Positions 40,872 through 52,699 of a stretch of DNA of 64,000 nt are shown here, one piece after another (position 1 is the stretch's first letter; every line of letters begins with the position of its first letter). Origin of the DNA: Conidiobolus incongruus B7586. Taxonomy: Eukaryota. The translations under genes and the position numbers were made by a program. The notes under the pieces were generated by a model. The model did no database searches, was not told the origin of the DNA, and saw nothing but the letters and a program-made list of their open reading frames with translations. Location of the stretch: contig JNEM01010494.1 in the NCBI GenBank assembly GCA_000697335.1, positions 62,001 through 126,000 of the forward strand, read 5' to 3'.

Positions 40872-42609
40872 AATTCAAATTTATTGAATTATGATATGTT
40901 GAAATAAATTAATATTAATTTATTATTAAACTTAAATGATAGAATCATTGAGTCAATGGTGGTATTTATACAAGAAACTATTTTGCATTGATGATATTAT
41001 TATTGAATAAATGCTTTCTTATTAGTTAAATTAGAATTAGATTCATTTGTATCGGCTGAGCTTACCTTGGTTGAATAAAATTTAGTAATTGATTGAAAAC
41101 CACTCTCACCTTCCACTATCCTATTAAGTTAAATTTCATTTCAACCCAGTTTCATGTCCATCAATAATCCAATCAAATCATCTATTTCAATGCCACTCTA
41201 TAGGCTCTTATCATTATCCAATTCTTGATGCTAAAGACTATCCTTTCAGTACTTTCCTCCTAATCCTAATAATAGAATATATTAATTAGACTGATAATAA
41301 TTAATAATGTAATTTCTTAGTTACCATACCCAGAATTTCCATTGATTTTCAGCATATCTATCAATATTTAATCAAGTTCTTGATAAAATATCACTTGCAA
41401 CACAAATACTTGAATATTATTCTATAAAAGTATTTAATTCCCAACTATATAACATTATACATACTAATATTTTTTGATTCAATATAAATAATTCTTATTA
41501 TATTTTTCCACCAAAATACAAAAATAGGTTAGTATCTCATCAAGATACTTTAGTTATTATGATAAAACTGGAAAAGCTGGAATTATAAAAACTCTAGGTG
41601 GATTTATTCTTTGACTTATAAGATTAAATATATTGTTAATTAAAAAGGCAATAATATCAAATTTTAAAAATACTAATAATATTATATAAAAATCTATTTA
41701 AAAAACCAAAAAATAAAGTTTTGAGTATATTTGATATTTTTAAATTTTTTGGAATATTATATTAATTTGGATATTAGATAAAAGCTTAAATATCAATATT
41801 TTAATACTTGAATTTTATTGAATATATAGGTATATTCATTTTAAAGTTATTATTTCTATGAAATTTAATTTATAATTATAAATTTATATTTTTTATTTAA
41901 TATCATTATAAAAATATTTCATTTAAATAATAAAATATAACTTAATATAAGAATTTAAAAACTAAATTACTATGATTGGTAATTTTGATATAAGAGAATA
42001 TAATAATTATATTTATCATATAATAAAAGCATATCTAATAAACCAAATTAAATTTATTAGTAACTATACAATTAAGAGTATTTTTAATTTTTTAAATTAA
42101 AAAATATTAACTCATATATTAATGATAATGAAGCAAGATATAAAGTTAAAAATATATATTTAATTGATAAAGAGTTATATAAACTATTATAAATTAAAAA
42201 ATATTATATTTTAAATATTTATAAGAGAATAAATATAATATAGATAATATCAACTTTATATATTGAAAAATAAGTAATTTCTAGATATTCAAATTATAAA
42301 CAAATATTATATAAATGAATAACTATTAAAAAATTTAATTATATATTTTTGAATTAAACGAGAAAGTTTTTTATATATAGTTATATTTTAATAATATTCA
42401 AAATTAACACTAAAATAGCATATTTAAATGAAATATTAATAAAATAATTATTATAATATATTATTTATTGATTGGATAATTTATTGAAAATATTAAGAGT
42501 TTATTGATTTTTATTATAATTATACTAAGCCAAATAATATTTAAAAAATTTTATAATAGAAATTAATATAATATAAATAAAGATCTAAATAAATCATAGA
42601 TAATGGAAT

Positions 42610-42636
42610 TATATATATATATATATATATATATAT
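42610..42636. repeat. (TA)n microsatellite
   Basis: Directly visible. Other (TA)n tracts lie near 13031, 18923, 25682, 32221 and 56629; (TTA)n tracts near 4884 and 21471. Confidence 0.9.
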
Positions 42637-42961
42637 CAAAAATATATCAAAAAAATATTCAATTATATTATATTTTTAGTTTCTTATATTTGTTATTAAT
42701 AAAATATTAAGAGTATCTAACTTATATTGAATGAATTTTAATCATTAATAGAATATCAAAATAATATCTTTTAGATTAAAACAAAGCTTAGTAAAAAGTA
42801 AATAAAAATACTTGATGCAAGGTGATTATATATAATTAACTACACATAACCAAGACTTATGAAAATTGTTAATATTTGTATATATAACTTAAATTAAAAA
42901 TGACTATGAAATCTCCATAAAACGATATAAAGGAAATTTAAGATAACAATATAATTAAAAG

Positions 42962-43113
42962 TATATTCCTTCATCATTTAAAAACTAATCAAGCCGGACT
43001 TCCAGATTTGGTATTGAGAATCATCTCTTTGAGGTCTCCAGACTTGACCAGAACTTATGAATAGGTATTCAAATTTGAATAACTTTGCATGAGTTTAGAA
43101 CTATAAACCATTA
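42962..43113 (-). repeat. Decayed dispersed repeat, copy B
   Basis: See copy A. This copy still reads HAKLFKFEYLFISSGQVWRPQRDDSQYQIWKSGLISF between stops. Confidence 0.7.
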
Positions 43114-43833
43114 TAAAACAATTATGTTAATGAAAAAACTAATGGATAAGATTTATCCAACTTTGATCAATAGCTATACCATGCTTAGAGGTATTGATAT
43201 GGTTAATATGAGCTATATTTTTATATAGTTTAAATCACAATATATTATAAGGTCAGTGCTATAATTTCTATTCAAATTATCTAGATCTATAAAATCTTTT
43301 TTATCCATACCGATTTTATTTAAAATTTGTATTATTCAGTAAATGGATTAAAATTAATGACAATTGTTATTATATGCATCAGTATAAAACAATGCAATAC
43401 ACTCAAATATGTACACTATCTTTTTATTCAACTTCCAATAAAAGCATATACCATATAGTACTCCTATTAAATAAGTCATTTCGATTTAATGATTAATCAT
43501 TATTTAAAAACTACTAAGGTTAAATGATTTCTAAGCTTTATAAATAGTCCAAAATAAATATATTTAATTAAAAATAATCTATAATTAATTAATATCAAAA
43601 ATTAAGAATTGTTTTTGTTAGTTTAATACTTCTGCTGGATTGATAATTTATAAAATAATCTTAATAATATATATAGTGTTGAATGATTATATATTGCTAA
43701 AAAACTAGATCAAAATAATTATTTATTTTTAAATTTGAAACATTAAGAGCTAATAAAAATAATGATTATTATATTTGTTTAAATCTTTGATCACACTAGC
43801 ATGTTCACTCATATCAATAAAATTAAAGTATAA

Positions 43834-44962
43834 TTAAAAATATTCGTTTTTAAATCCAAAATTATTTATGACTGAGCTAAATCCATTTGTGCTATGCGCT
43901 AGTGGTCTGAAAGGGTTATTTACTTCAATTTCAGTTTGATCTGTTTCTATGCTATTTCTGCTACTCAAAACAATGTTATTTCTTTTCAATTTTTCACAAT
44001 AAGCCTAAAATAATTTTAGATACTGAATTTAATATTTATTCATTAATTACCTGTAGTTTTAAAAATTGCTTATTTTTATCTATAAATTGTAATGAGAGCT
44101 GATTGATCTTTTGCTTATCATTATTTCTTTGTTCAATAAGCTCTAAATAATGTTAGTGCATTCAAACTTAAATTACTCTAATTCAAATCAGTTTCAACTA
44201 TATTAATATAAATATGACAAATGAAATATTATCAAACTTTAAACTGTATTATTTCATAATGTGACATAAATTAAATACAATTTAATACAATATTTTTGAC
44301 CTGAGATTATTCGATTGAATTAGAGTATTGAATAATATATTACCATTAATTTTTATTTTCAACACTAAAAAGCAAGAATTAGAATTGGATACAATGGTAT
44401 ATTATTATTGTACTAGTTATTTCATCATTAGCAGAGTTTATAACCTGTCTGATTTTTTGATGGAGAATATTTCTCTTATCTTTAAGATTTTGACTCAGTA
44501 ATTCTTGAAAATATAATTCTTGAGATAGTTGATAATTCCAAAATGCAAGACCTTTTGAGCAAATTTCTATAATTGTTTCTGGAGTAAATCCCGCTAATAT
44601 TGACTAAAATTACTTAGATAACTGGATATATACGTATATAGTTGGCTTACTGATTTGAAAGATTCTGATGGATTTAAATCAGTCATTACCACATCCTCTC
44701 TATTAAGTTCATTAGTTGTATGTGAAAAATATAGTAATTTTTCAAACCTATGCGCTAGTTGTGTTTCACAAGCTGGACAAACTGAGGCTTTAGAAAATGC
44801 AATTTGTGCACAATTTAAACAAAAAATATCTAAGGTGAATTATTAATAGTAAATAAAGCATAATATGTGATTATTACGAGAACAGCTAGTAACACATGCT
44901 TTAACTAAATATGTCAACTGTTTACGACATTTAAGATTGTTGCATTTTAAAGATTGATCCAT
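43834..44962 (-). CDS. HEI10: Meiotic crossover RING E3 ligase HEI10/CCNB1IP1
   Basis: Spliced: MDQSLKCNNLKCRKQL..ACVTSCSHIFCLNCA...VCPACETQL...DLNPSESFKSSILAGFTPETIIEICSKGLAFWNYQ, then a coiled coil. Not shown in the ORF track. Confidence 0.92.
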
Positions 44963-45041
44963 GTTTTCAACTATTGAATCAATTTCAATAGAGTGGGTTT
45001 ATATATGTTAAAAGTAAACTGATTCATGATGATTTGCTATT

Positions 45042-45050
45042 ATGACTCAT
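45042..45050. promoter_or_regulatory. Gcn4/Cpc1 (AP-1-type bZIP) consensus ATGACTCAT upstream of HEI10
   Basis: Perfect 9-mer 80 nt upstream of the HEI10 ATG. Confidence 0.4.
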
Positions 45051-46759
45051 TGGAAATAAAATATGATTTAATATTTTATATATAACTATGTTCATTTATT
45101 AAATGCAAAAAATGAACAAAATTAAGATATTCAACTCTTTCATTTTATACTTTTAAGTATTTTAATAGATATTGCATCTAATAATTAATTGAAATATATA
45201 TTGATAATGGATATGTATTCATCCATGCTACTTAATAAATATTATAATTTTCTAATAATATCATGATTCTATTTTGAAGAAGTTAACATGTACATCAAAA
45301 TTATAGTATCACTTGTATTTATATATTACTATAAAAAGGGACCAATTCCAAATTAAATTAGCTATTAAAAATTTATTTTTTATAAATATTTTTGAATATA
45401 TTAATATTATTATTTTTTATTTTTATTGTTAAGATTTAAATTGTTTAGAACATTGATATCAATAAATGTTATACATTGCAATTTCAATCAATTTACAATG
45501 ACTACATATTTACCATTAGAGAATTATTATGATTGATGATGAATTGTGGGTGATTAATTTCCATTTTCTAGTGAGCTAAATTTCAAAAATATCAAGTGAT
45601 TCATAATATCAGAAAATATGAATAAATCTGATCTATTTTCTGAATGGCAACATTAGTAAGCTTGTAGTAATAAAAGCGATAGAATTAACTATTTTTTGAT
45701 TAAAATGTATATATAAAAATATTTAGATATAATTTTGATTAGCATTGTATAAATCAGTCGTGTGAATATATTAACATCAGAGAAATATATAATTTAATGT
45801 TCATAACTACTATCAATATTTTACATTATTCTGATTCTAGTGCTCAATGAAATCATAGTTTTTATCTTTAAAGTAATAAATTTAAAAAATTATCAACTTA
45901 TATCAGGTATATATGTGAATAATTTATAAAAGGCGTTACCATTTTAAAAATATAGACTTTGATAATTCTATATTGATTATATTTATCAAAGCTATAATTC
46001 TAATAACTATTATCAACATATCTATTTATTAGTTTCATTTTTACTTACAATATAACTATATTGCTCAAATTTCCATTAATTTTCTCATCTAATTAAATAT
46101 TGTACTAAATCGAATTGAGAGATTTAATTATAATGGGTAATACCTTTTGCAGAATGACTCATATTGAATAAATGTAAAATCATTTGATTTAAATTTCTTG
46201 ACACTTTTATTACTATTTACTTTAAAACTGGAGATCATATTACATTTTGTAATATATGTGTTGGTCCTACTTAGAATATAAATTAAGTAGCAATATGTTT
46301 TATTCTTTACTATTGGAACCAAACTACATCCAAAACAATAATTATATAATTGTTATAATTGTTATATTTTGTGATATAAACACTAGTAAACTTGAAATTC
46401 ACCTTTAATTTTTTAAATAATATATTTATATTTTATAGAGCATATTTCAATTAAAATTGAATATATTCTATATATTTGTTGATTTTAAAATGTCAATTAA
46501 AGAAATTAAGAATTAAACTCGTGCATTTTGAGTTTACCATTCTTCAATTAATGGTTCAATATATTTGGCTTATAATACACAATCGCTCATTTTCATATCA
46601 AAAGTTATGTTATAGAAAATTATGATACAAAAATTTGTCAAGTACAGATTTCATAAGAAAATTTGTATTGGATCTAAATGACCTCAAATGATATAACAAA
46701 AGATTGAAATGGTTTATTTGAAATTATATTGTCTTAAAATATAATCATATTTTATTGTT

Positions 46760-49700
46760 TTATTCTTTCAATTGAGATAAATATTGATTCCATCCTTTGA
46801 CTTCAACATTGGGTGTACCATCGGATTGGATTGGATACTTGGAAATCGCTTCAGCAAATAGAGATGCCAAATTTGATTGATTGATCAATGGAATACCAAT
46901 ATCAACAGCTGAACGACGAATCAAATACCCAAGGTAGCTGTTATCTTCACCAATTCCATTCGACTCTTTCTTTTGTTCAACAAGTTGTTGTATAGATGGA
47001 GCACCAATAGGTTTATCTCGAGAAAAGTCCATTACCATGTCAATTCCATTCTCTTTTAACACATCTCGGATCTTGTTATTCAAAAGTAATGGATTTCGCT
47101 CTTCTGATAATGAAGGGAACGAAACTAATTTAATATCTAAATCAGGGAATTTGTCTTTGATAGCATCATAAATATACTGATTCCAAACGACTACTTGTAA
47201 ATTGGCAACTTCTTTGATCAAGTTGGCTACTCGTGTTACAACCTTCAAAGGAGCATGCTCATCTCCAGAACTTATTAAAACGGCCTGTTTTGGAAGCTTA
47301 AAGCCAGTAGTAGATTGAATTGCAGCCAAGTAGGCCTCATGTTTATCTTTACCAAAGCATGCAACCTCTCCAGTTGATGCCATTTCGACTCCCAAAAATG
47401 GATCGGCGCCCTGAAGACGTGTCCATGAGAATTGAGATGCTTTGACTGCTTGATAAGGGTACTCTTTGTTCATTAAATTGATGGGCTCAATGTTTGAAGT
47501 TGAAGTCATCGCTTGAGCTGCAGTATCAATGAAATTATGATTCAAAACCTTGGAAACAAATGGGAAGGATCTGGAAGCACGTAAGTTACATTCAATTACT
47601 TTCAATTTCTCGTCCGAATCCTGAGTGCCTTCCTTGCGAATGATCTGCATGTTAAAAGGACCTGTAATATCGAAGGCTTTAGCCACTTTTTGAGCAATTT
47701 CGTATATCTTATCCTTTGTTTGTTGAGGTAAATCCTTAGGAGGAAGCACTAGAGTGGCATCTCCTGAATGCACACCAGCAGGTTCAATATGTTCAGAAAT
47801 AGCATGGCACAGCACATTTCCTTTTTGTGCAACACAGTCAACATCGATTTCTTGGGAGTTTTGCTCAAATTTAGTGATAACAACGGGATGTAATGGTGAA
47901 ACGTCAGTAGCAAGAGATAAAAATCGATCTAAATCCTCTGGAGTATGGGCTACATTCATAGCAGCTCCAGAAAGTACGTAAGATGGACGAACCAAGACAG
48001 GATAACCTACTTGATTGGCAAATTCAAAGGCTTGTTCAGTTGTTGTCAATTCTTTCCAAGCTGGTTGATCGACCCCTATTTCATCCAAAGTCTTTGAGAA
48101 TTTATATCTATCTTCAGCTTGATCAATCATAACAGGACTGGTTCCTAAAACATTGGCTCCGATATTGTGCAAAGAAAGTGCAATATTTTGAGGTAACTGA
48201 CCGCCCACGCTAACAATAACACCTTGGGCTTGTTCTCGTTCATAAATGTCTAATACCCTTTCTAGACTTAATTCATCAAAATATAATCGATCACATTCAT
48301 CAAAATCGGTGGATACAGTTTCTGGATTGTAATTCAACATGACTGTTTTGTGACCCATTTTACGAAGAGCTCGAATGCAGCTCACGCCACACCAATCAAA
48401 TTCGACAGAAGACCCAATTCGATAAACTCCGGATCCCAAGACCATAGTACCTTTGTCTTTAAACTCAATATCGTCTTGAGAAGCATTGTAGGTAGTATAT
48501 AGATAATTGGTATGTGCAGGAAACTCTGCTGCTAGAGTATCGATTCGTTTGACTAATGGAATGATACCATAACTTTTCCTCAGTTGACGGACATCTAATT
48601 CATTAACTATAGCATTTGGTTTAGATAATCGATGTGCGATTTGTAAATCAGAAAATCCCGATTTTTTAGCCTGTTCCATAAGATCTTTAGGCAACGTATG
48701 AATGTTATGTTGAGATAATTGATTATAAATCTTGTATAAATTTTCTAACTTGTATAAGAACCATCGATCTATTTTGGTAAGACTGTGAATTTTTTCAACG
48801 TCATAGCCATGTTCAATCATTGAGTTTATCACCCCAAAAAGACGACGATCAGTAGGATTTGATAAAAACTCGTTTAACACAGGATCATCTGCCTTATCCA
48901 AAGATTTTTCAGTGATCGATTTGTATAAATTTTTCATGGGATGGAATCCAAGAAAAGCAGGATCAACCATTCGAATAGCTTTCTGTAAACTCTCTTCAAA
49001 AGTTCTGCCAACTGCCATCACTTCACCCACACTCTTCATACTGCTTCCAACGTGTCGATCTACTTGACTAAATTTGGTCAAATCCCAACGAGGGATTTTA
49101 GTAACCACATAGTCTAGAGAAGGTTCAAAGCATGCAGTAGTAGTTTTGGTCACTGAGTTCTTTAATTCTGGCAATGTATATCCCAAACCAAGTTTAGCAG
49201 CTACAAATGCAAGAGGGTATCCAGTTGCTTTAGATGCTAATGCACTACTGCGACTTAATCGAGCATTCATTTCTATTACTTTGTATTCCAAGCTGTATGG
49301 ATCTAAAGCATATTGGACATTACATTCACCAACAACGCCCATATGGCGAACGATAGCAATCGCGGCAGTTCGTAATAAATGATATTCTTCGTCAGAGAGA
49401 GTTTGAGATGGAGCAACAACAATAGAATCTCCTGTGTGAATGCCTAATGGATCAAAATTTTCCATATTACATACTGTAATACAATTATCGGCAGCATCTC
49501 GAACAACTTCGTATTCTACTTCTTTCCAGCCTTTCATTGATTTTTCCACAAGAATTTGAGGACTCAAACTTAATGATTTACTGGCTAAACTGGTTAATTC
49601 TTCTGGATCATTTGCAAAACCAGATCCTAAACCTCCTAAAGAGAATGCAGATCGAACAATAATGGGATACCCAATTTCTTGAGCAGCTTTTAAAGCATCA

Positions 49701-50410
49701 TCTACGGTGGAGACGGCGACAGATTGAGCGACAGGTATGTTAATTTCATTTAATGCTTTGACAAATAGATCACGGTCTTCAGAAGTGATTAAGGTTTGAA
49801 TAGGTGTACCTAACACCTTGACTTGGTACTTTTCAAGAATGCCTCTTTTATATAGCTCAATACCACAATTTAGAGCAGTTTGACCTCCAAATGATAAAAA
49901 TATGCCATCTGGGCGTTCTTTTCGAATGACTTCCTCTAAAAATTCAGGTGTAACAGGTGAAAAATAGACCTCATCAGCTAGCTCCTGACCTGTTTGGATA
50001 GTTGCGATATTGGGATTTACCAGAACCGTCTTGATGCCATTCTCTTTTAATGCTTTAATCGCTTGAGAACCAGAATAGTCGAATTCACCAGCTTGACCTA
50101 TGGATAAACCTCCAGATCCTACTACAAGCACTTTTTCATAATGGGGTTTTTCTAACGTTGTGTAGTTGATAGTATCGATATTGTTATGGATTGAAGTTGA
50201 CATATATTTCATTCCGCCACACTGAAAATATTGGACGTTGGATGGTTTAAAATGCTTTTTCTGGGTTTGAAAAGGAACCAATCGAGAAGTGTGACGAGTT
50301 GAGTATAATTTCGAAGTATATGATGGGATACATCTGGGATATAAGTTTTTGATATTATTGACAGCAGTTGGGGCTGAATTTCTAATCCTATTTAACGGTA
50401 TTCTAATCAT
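46760..50410 (-). CDS. CPA2: Arginine-specific carbamoyl-phosphate synthase large subunit, mitochondrial precursor
   Basis: 1216-aa intronless ORF; GSGGLSIGQAGEFDYSGSQA, duplicated ATP-grasp halves, basic presequence-like N-terminus, no fused GATase, DHO or ATC domains. Confidence 0.96.
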   Translation of the reverse strand: MIRIPLNRIRNSAPTAVNNIKNLYPRCIPSYTSKLYSTRHTSRLVPFQTQKKHFKPSNVQYFQCGGMKYMSTSIHNNIDTINYTTLEKPHYEKVLVVGSGGLSIGQAGEFDYSGSQAIKALKENGIKTVLVNPNIATIQTGQELADEVYFSPVTPEFLEEVIRKERPDGIFLSFGGQTALNCGIELYKRGILEKYQVKVLGTPIQTLITSEDRDLFVKALNEINIPVAQSVAVSTVDDALKAAQEIGYPIIVRSAFSLGGLGSGFANDPEELTSLASKSLSLSPQILVEKSMKGWKEVEYEVVRDAADNCITVCNMENFDPLGIHTGDSIVVAPSQTLSDEEYHLLRTAAIAIVRHMGVVGECNVQYALDPYSLEYKVIEMNARLSRSSALASKATGYPLAFVAAKLGLGYTLPELKNSVTKTTTACFEPSLDYVVTKIPRWDLTKFSQVDRHVGSSMKSVGEVMAVGRTFEESLQKAIRMVDPAFLGFHPMKNLYKSITEKSLDKADDPVLNEFLSNPTDRRLFGVINSMIEHGYDVEKIHSLTKIDRWFLYKLENLYKIYNQLSQHNIHTLPKDLMEQAKKSGFSDLQIAHRLSKPNAIVNELDVRQLRKSYGIIPLVKRIDTLAAEFPAHTNYLYTTYNASQDDIEFKDKGTMVLGSGVYRIGSSVEFDWCGVSCIRALRKMGHKTVMLNYNPETVSTDFDECDRLYFDELSLERVLDIYEREQAQGVIVSVGGQLPQNIALSLHNIGANVLGTSPVMIDQAEDRYKFSKTLDEIGVDQPAWKELTTTEQAFEFANQVGYPVLVRPSYVLSGAAMNVAHTPEDLDRFLSLATDVSPLHPVVITKFEQNSQEIDVDCVAQKGNVLCHAISEHIEPAGVHSGDATLVLPPKDLPQQTKDKIYEIAQKVAKAFDITGPFNMQIIRKEGTQDSDEKLKVIECNLRASRSFPFVSKVLNHNFIDTAAQAMTSTSNIEPINLMNKEYPYQAVKASQFSWTRLQGADPFLGVEMASTGEVACFGKDKHEAYLAAIQSTTGFKLPKQAVLISSGDEHAPLKVVTRVANLIKEVANLQVVVWNQYIYDAIKDKFPDLDIKLVSFPSLSEERNPLLLNNKIRDVLKENGIDMVMDFSRDKPIGAPSIQQLVEQKKESNGIGEDNSYLGYLIRRSAVDIGIPLINQSNLASLFAEAISKYPIQSDGTPNVEVKGWNQYLSQLKE

Positions 50411-50754
50411 TTTACAAGGAATCTGGATGATGAAGGTAGATAATCGAGTGAAACGAATGATAATTTTAGGTTATATTAATCTAAGAAAATTGTGGTATTA
50501 GTAAATGATTATGACAGGTTGAATGAAAAAATTTGGAAATTGATTGGTATTAAAATTGTAGTAAGTGGTTAGGGATTACCTTAATAAATACAGTTGAATA
50601 ATTTACAAATGATTAATTATATTAGTTAAATATTTAAGGATTGAACCTGTATTTATACTGATCTGTATGCTATAATTGAATCAATGCAAATAGATTACTT
50701 AAATTGATATGTATCGAATAAAGATGCCATAACAGTGAATATAATTGACATTTT

Positions 50755-50763
50755 GTGACTCAT
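50755..50763. promoter_or_regulatory. Gcn4/Cpc1-type site GTGACTCAT upstream of the CPS gene
   Basis: TGACTCA core about 345 nt upstream of the ATG; arginine biosynthesis genes are classic general-control targets in other fungi. Confidence 0.5.
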
Positions 50764-52699
50764 GCTAATTGGTTTAAGATTGTCATTTTGAGTGATATCA
50801 GAATTAAGGGTTTTGCTTATTTTTTTACATAATTGATAAGGAATATTGAACCAATAGGATTTAATTTGAATTTTTGAATCACATATCTATATATCAATAC
50901 TATACCACCACAATCTATGATATCCTTCTACTGTCTTTATCTAATCCAAAAAAAAATATTGAATGGCATATGTAAAATTGGAGTGTTCTGATTGTGAATA
51001 TAAAAAGAGTTTTTGGTTTATGAAATAGTGGATTCATCAGTAAAATAAATCTGGCTAAATTGGATTTCTTTTTCTGTTGAGATATAAATCATCCTAATAT
51101 TTGTTTTTGAAATAAATCAAATCTGTTACTTGATATAATGTAATTATATGTTTATAGATGATTAGATATATTTATCCATTTAAAAATATTTGTCAATTTA
51201 CCGAAATGTTATTGTGATAATTTAATAATTATTCGATATTAGTCTGGATAGAATCATTTCGAGTCACAGATATTTTCGGTGCGACATACTCATTTTCATC
51301 AATTTTCAAAATAATTTCAAGAATCCACATTGTTATTAAAGTTATTCTCCTTATTTGGTAAAATTTCACTCTTAGGTATATAATTTAAATTGTATACTTT
51401 AATCTACATTTAATTCATTTCATAATCCGTTCTAATTTTTGAGGTTATAAATTAAATTTTAGTATTTTTTATACTTATTTTTATGAATATTATAATAATA
51501 TTTTTATAAAATGAAATATCAATTATATAATATATATATATATTAGAAATTTTATCATTTAAATATATGTATTAAAATATGAAAACTATCAGCCATATAT
51601 ACCTTTTTGCTATCAATTTTCTATTGGGTCATATTTTCAAATTCAAGAAGTATATGTTATAATGTGAATTATATATACATCGCATAAATGCATTAAGTGG
51701 ATATGAGTTTAATATACCTAGATATCCATAAATGAATTGATTGCAATAGTATCATAAAGTGATTATTCTATTTAATTAAATGACTATTGCTACAATGATT
51801 GACAACATTCCTATTCTGAATTGATATTTGAATATCAAATTTTGTTTCCCTTACTTAATAAACATTGATTCAGTGTAAAGATATATAGAACCAATTCTAG
51901 AGTACAATTCTTTGGCTACTTTATTATGTCAATTAGTATTTTTTGAAATTGATCAGGTGCTTACTATTTGTCTGCAACAGTAGCTGATAATTTGAATTTC
52001 AATATAAAATATTGAATTTAAACCAAGTCGACATATACTAGTTTATTGTTCTTTAATTATAGATTTTATTAATAAATAAATTTATATCAAATTTGATTAA
52101 TTGCTATTAATTTGAAATCAAACTGAACTTGTTTTGGTTAAATCTACATTAAATAAATTCAATTGATGAAAATGATGGTTTTATATTGATTATCAGTTCA
52201 GTATTATGCTAATATCATTTACTACTTTATCAACTCATACCAGATACCAAATATATGATAAATAATTTATTTCAACACATAATTTTGTTTCGGAAACATA
52301 TTAAATATATATGATTTGATTAAATATAAACATTGAAATAGCTTTATATAAAATGATAATATTAAATATTTATATCAAAATAGAAAAATTAAAAATAAAA
52401 AATAATGAATTACCATACAAATAATTATGTATTATTAAAACCACAGGCAATGTATCATAATCATTTAACTATAGTTGTTTAGAATATATGCTATCGAATC
52501 TCAAAAAAATCTTTTTGAGTAATTAATATTATACGTATCCTAAGTGAATGGGCTATTTTATGTTTGAAATATTGTTCAGATTGCTAAATAATAACTAAAT
52601 AATTAAGATGATTCCACAGAAAAGGTTGAATCACTTTATTAATACTATAGATATCCAAACATTAAAGTTTGGCAAGGAGTTTGAATTAATTATTAGACT

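Noticed and set aside
43140..43215. Minus-strand HINTSKHGIAIDQSWINLIH, faintly like a Ty3/Gypsy RT C-terminal segment
   Set aside because: Too short and degenerate; no YxDD or other retroelement motif nearby.
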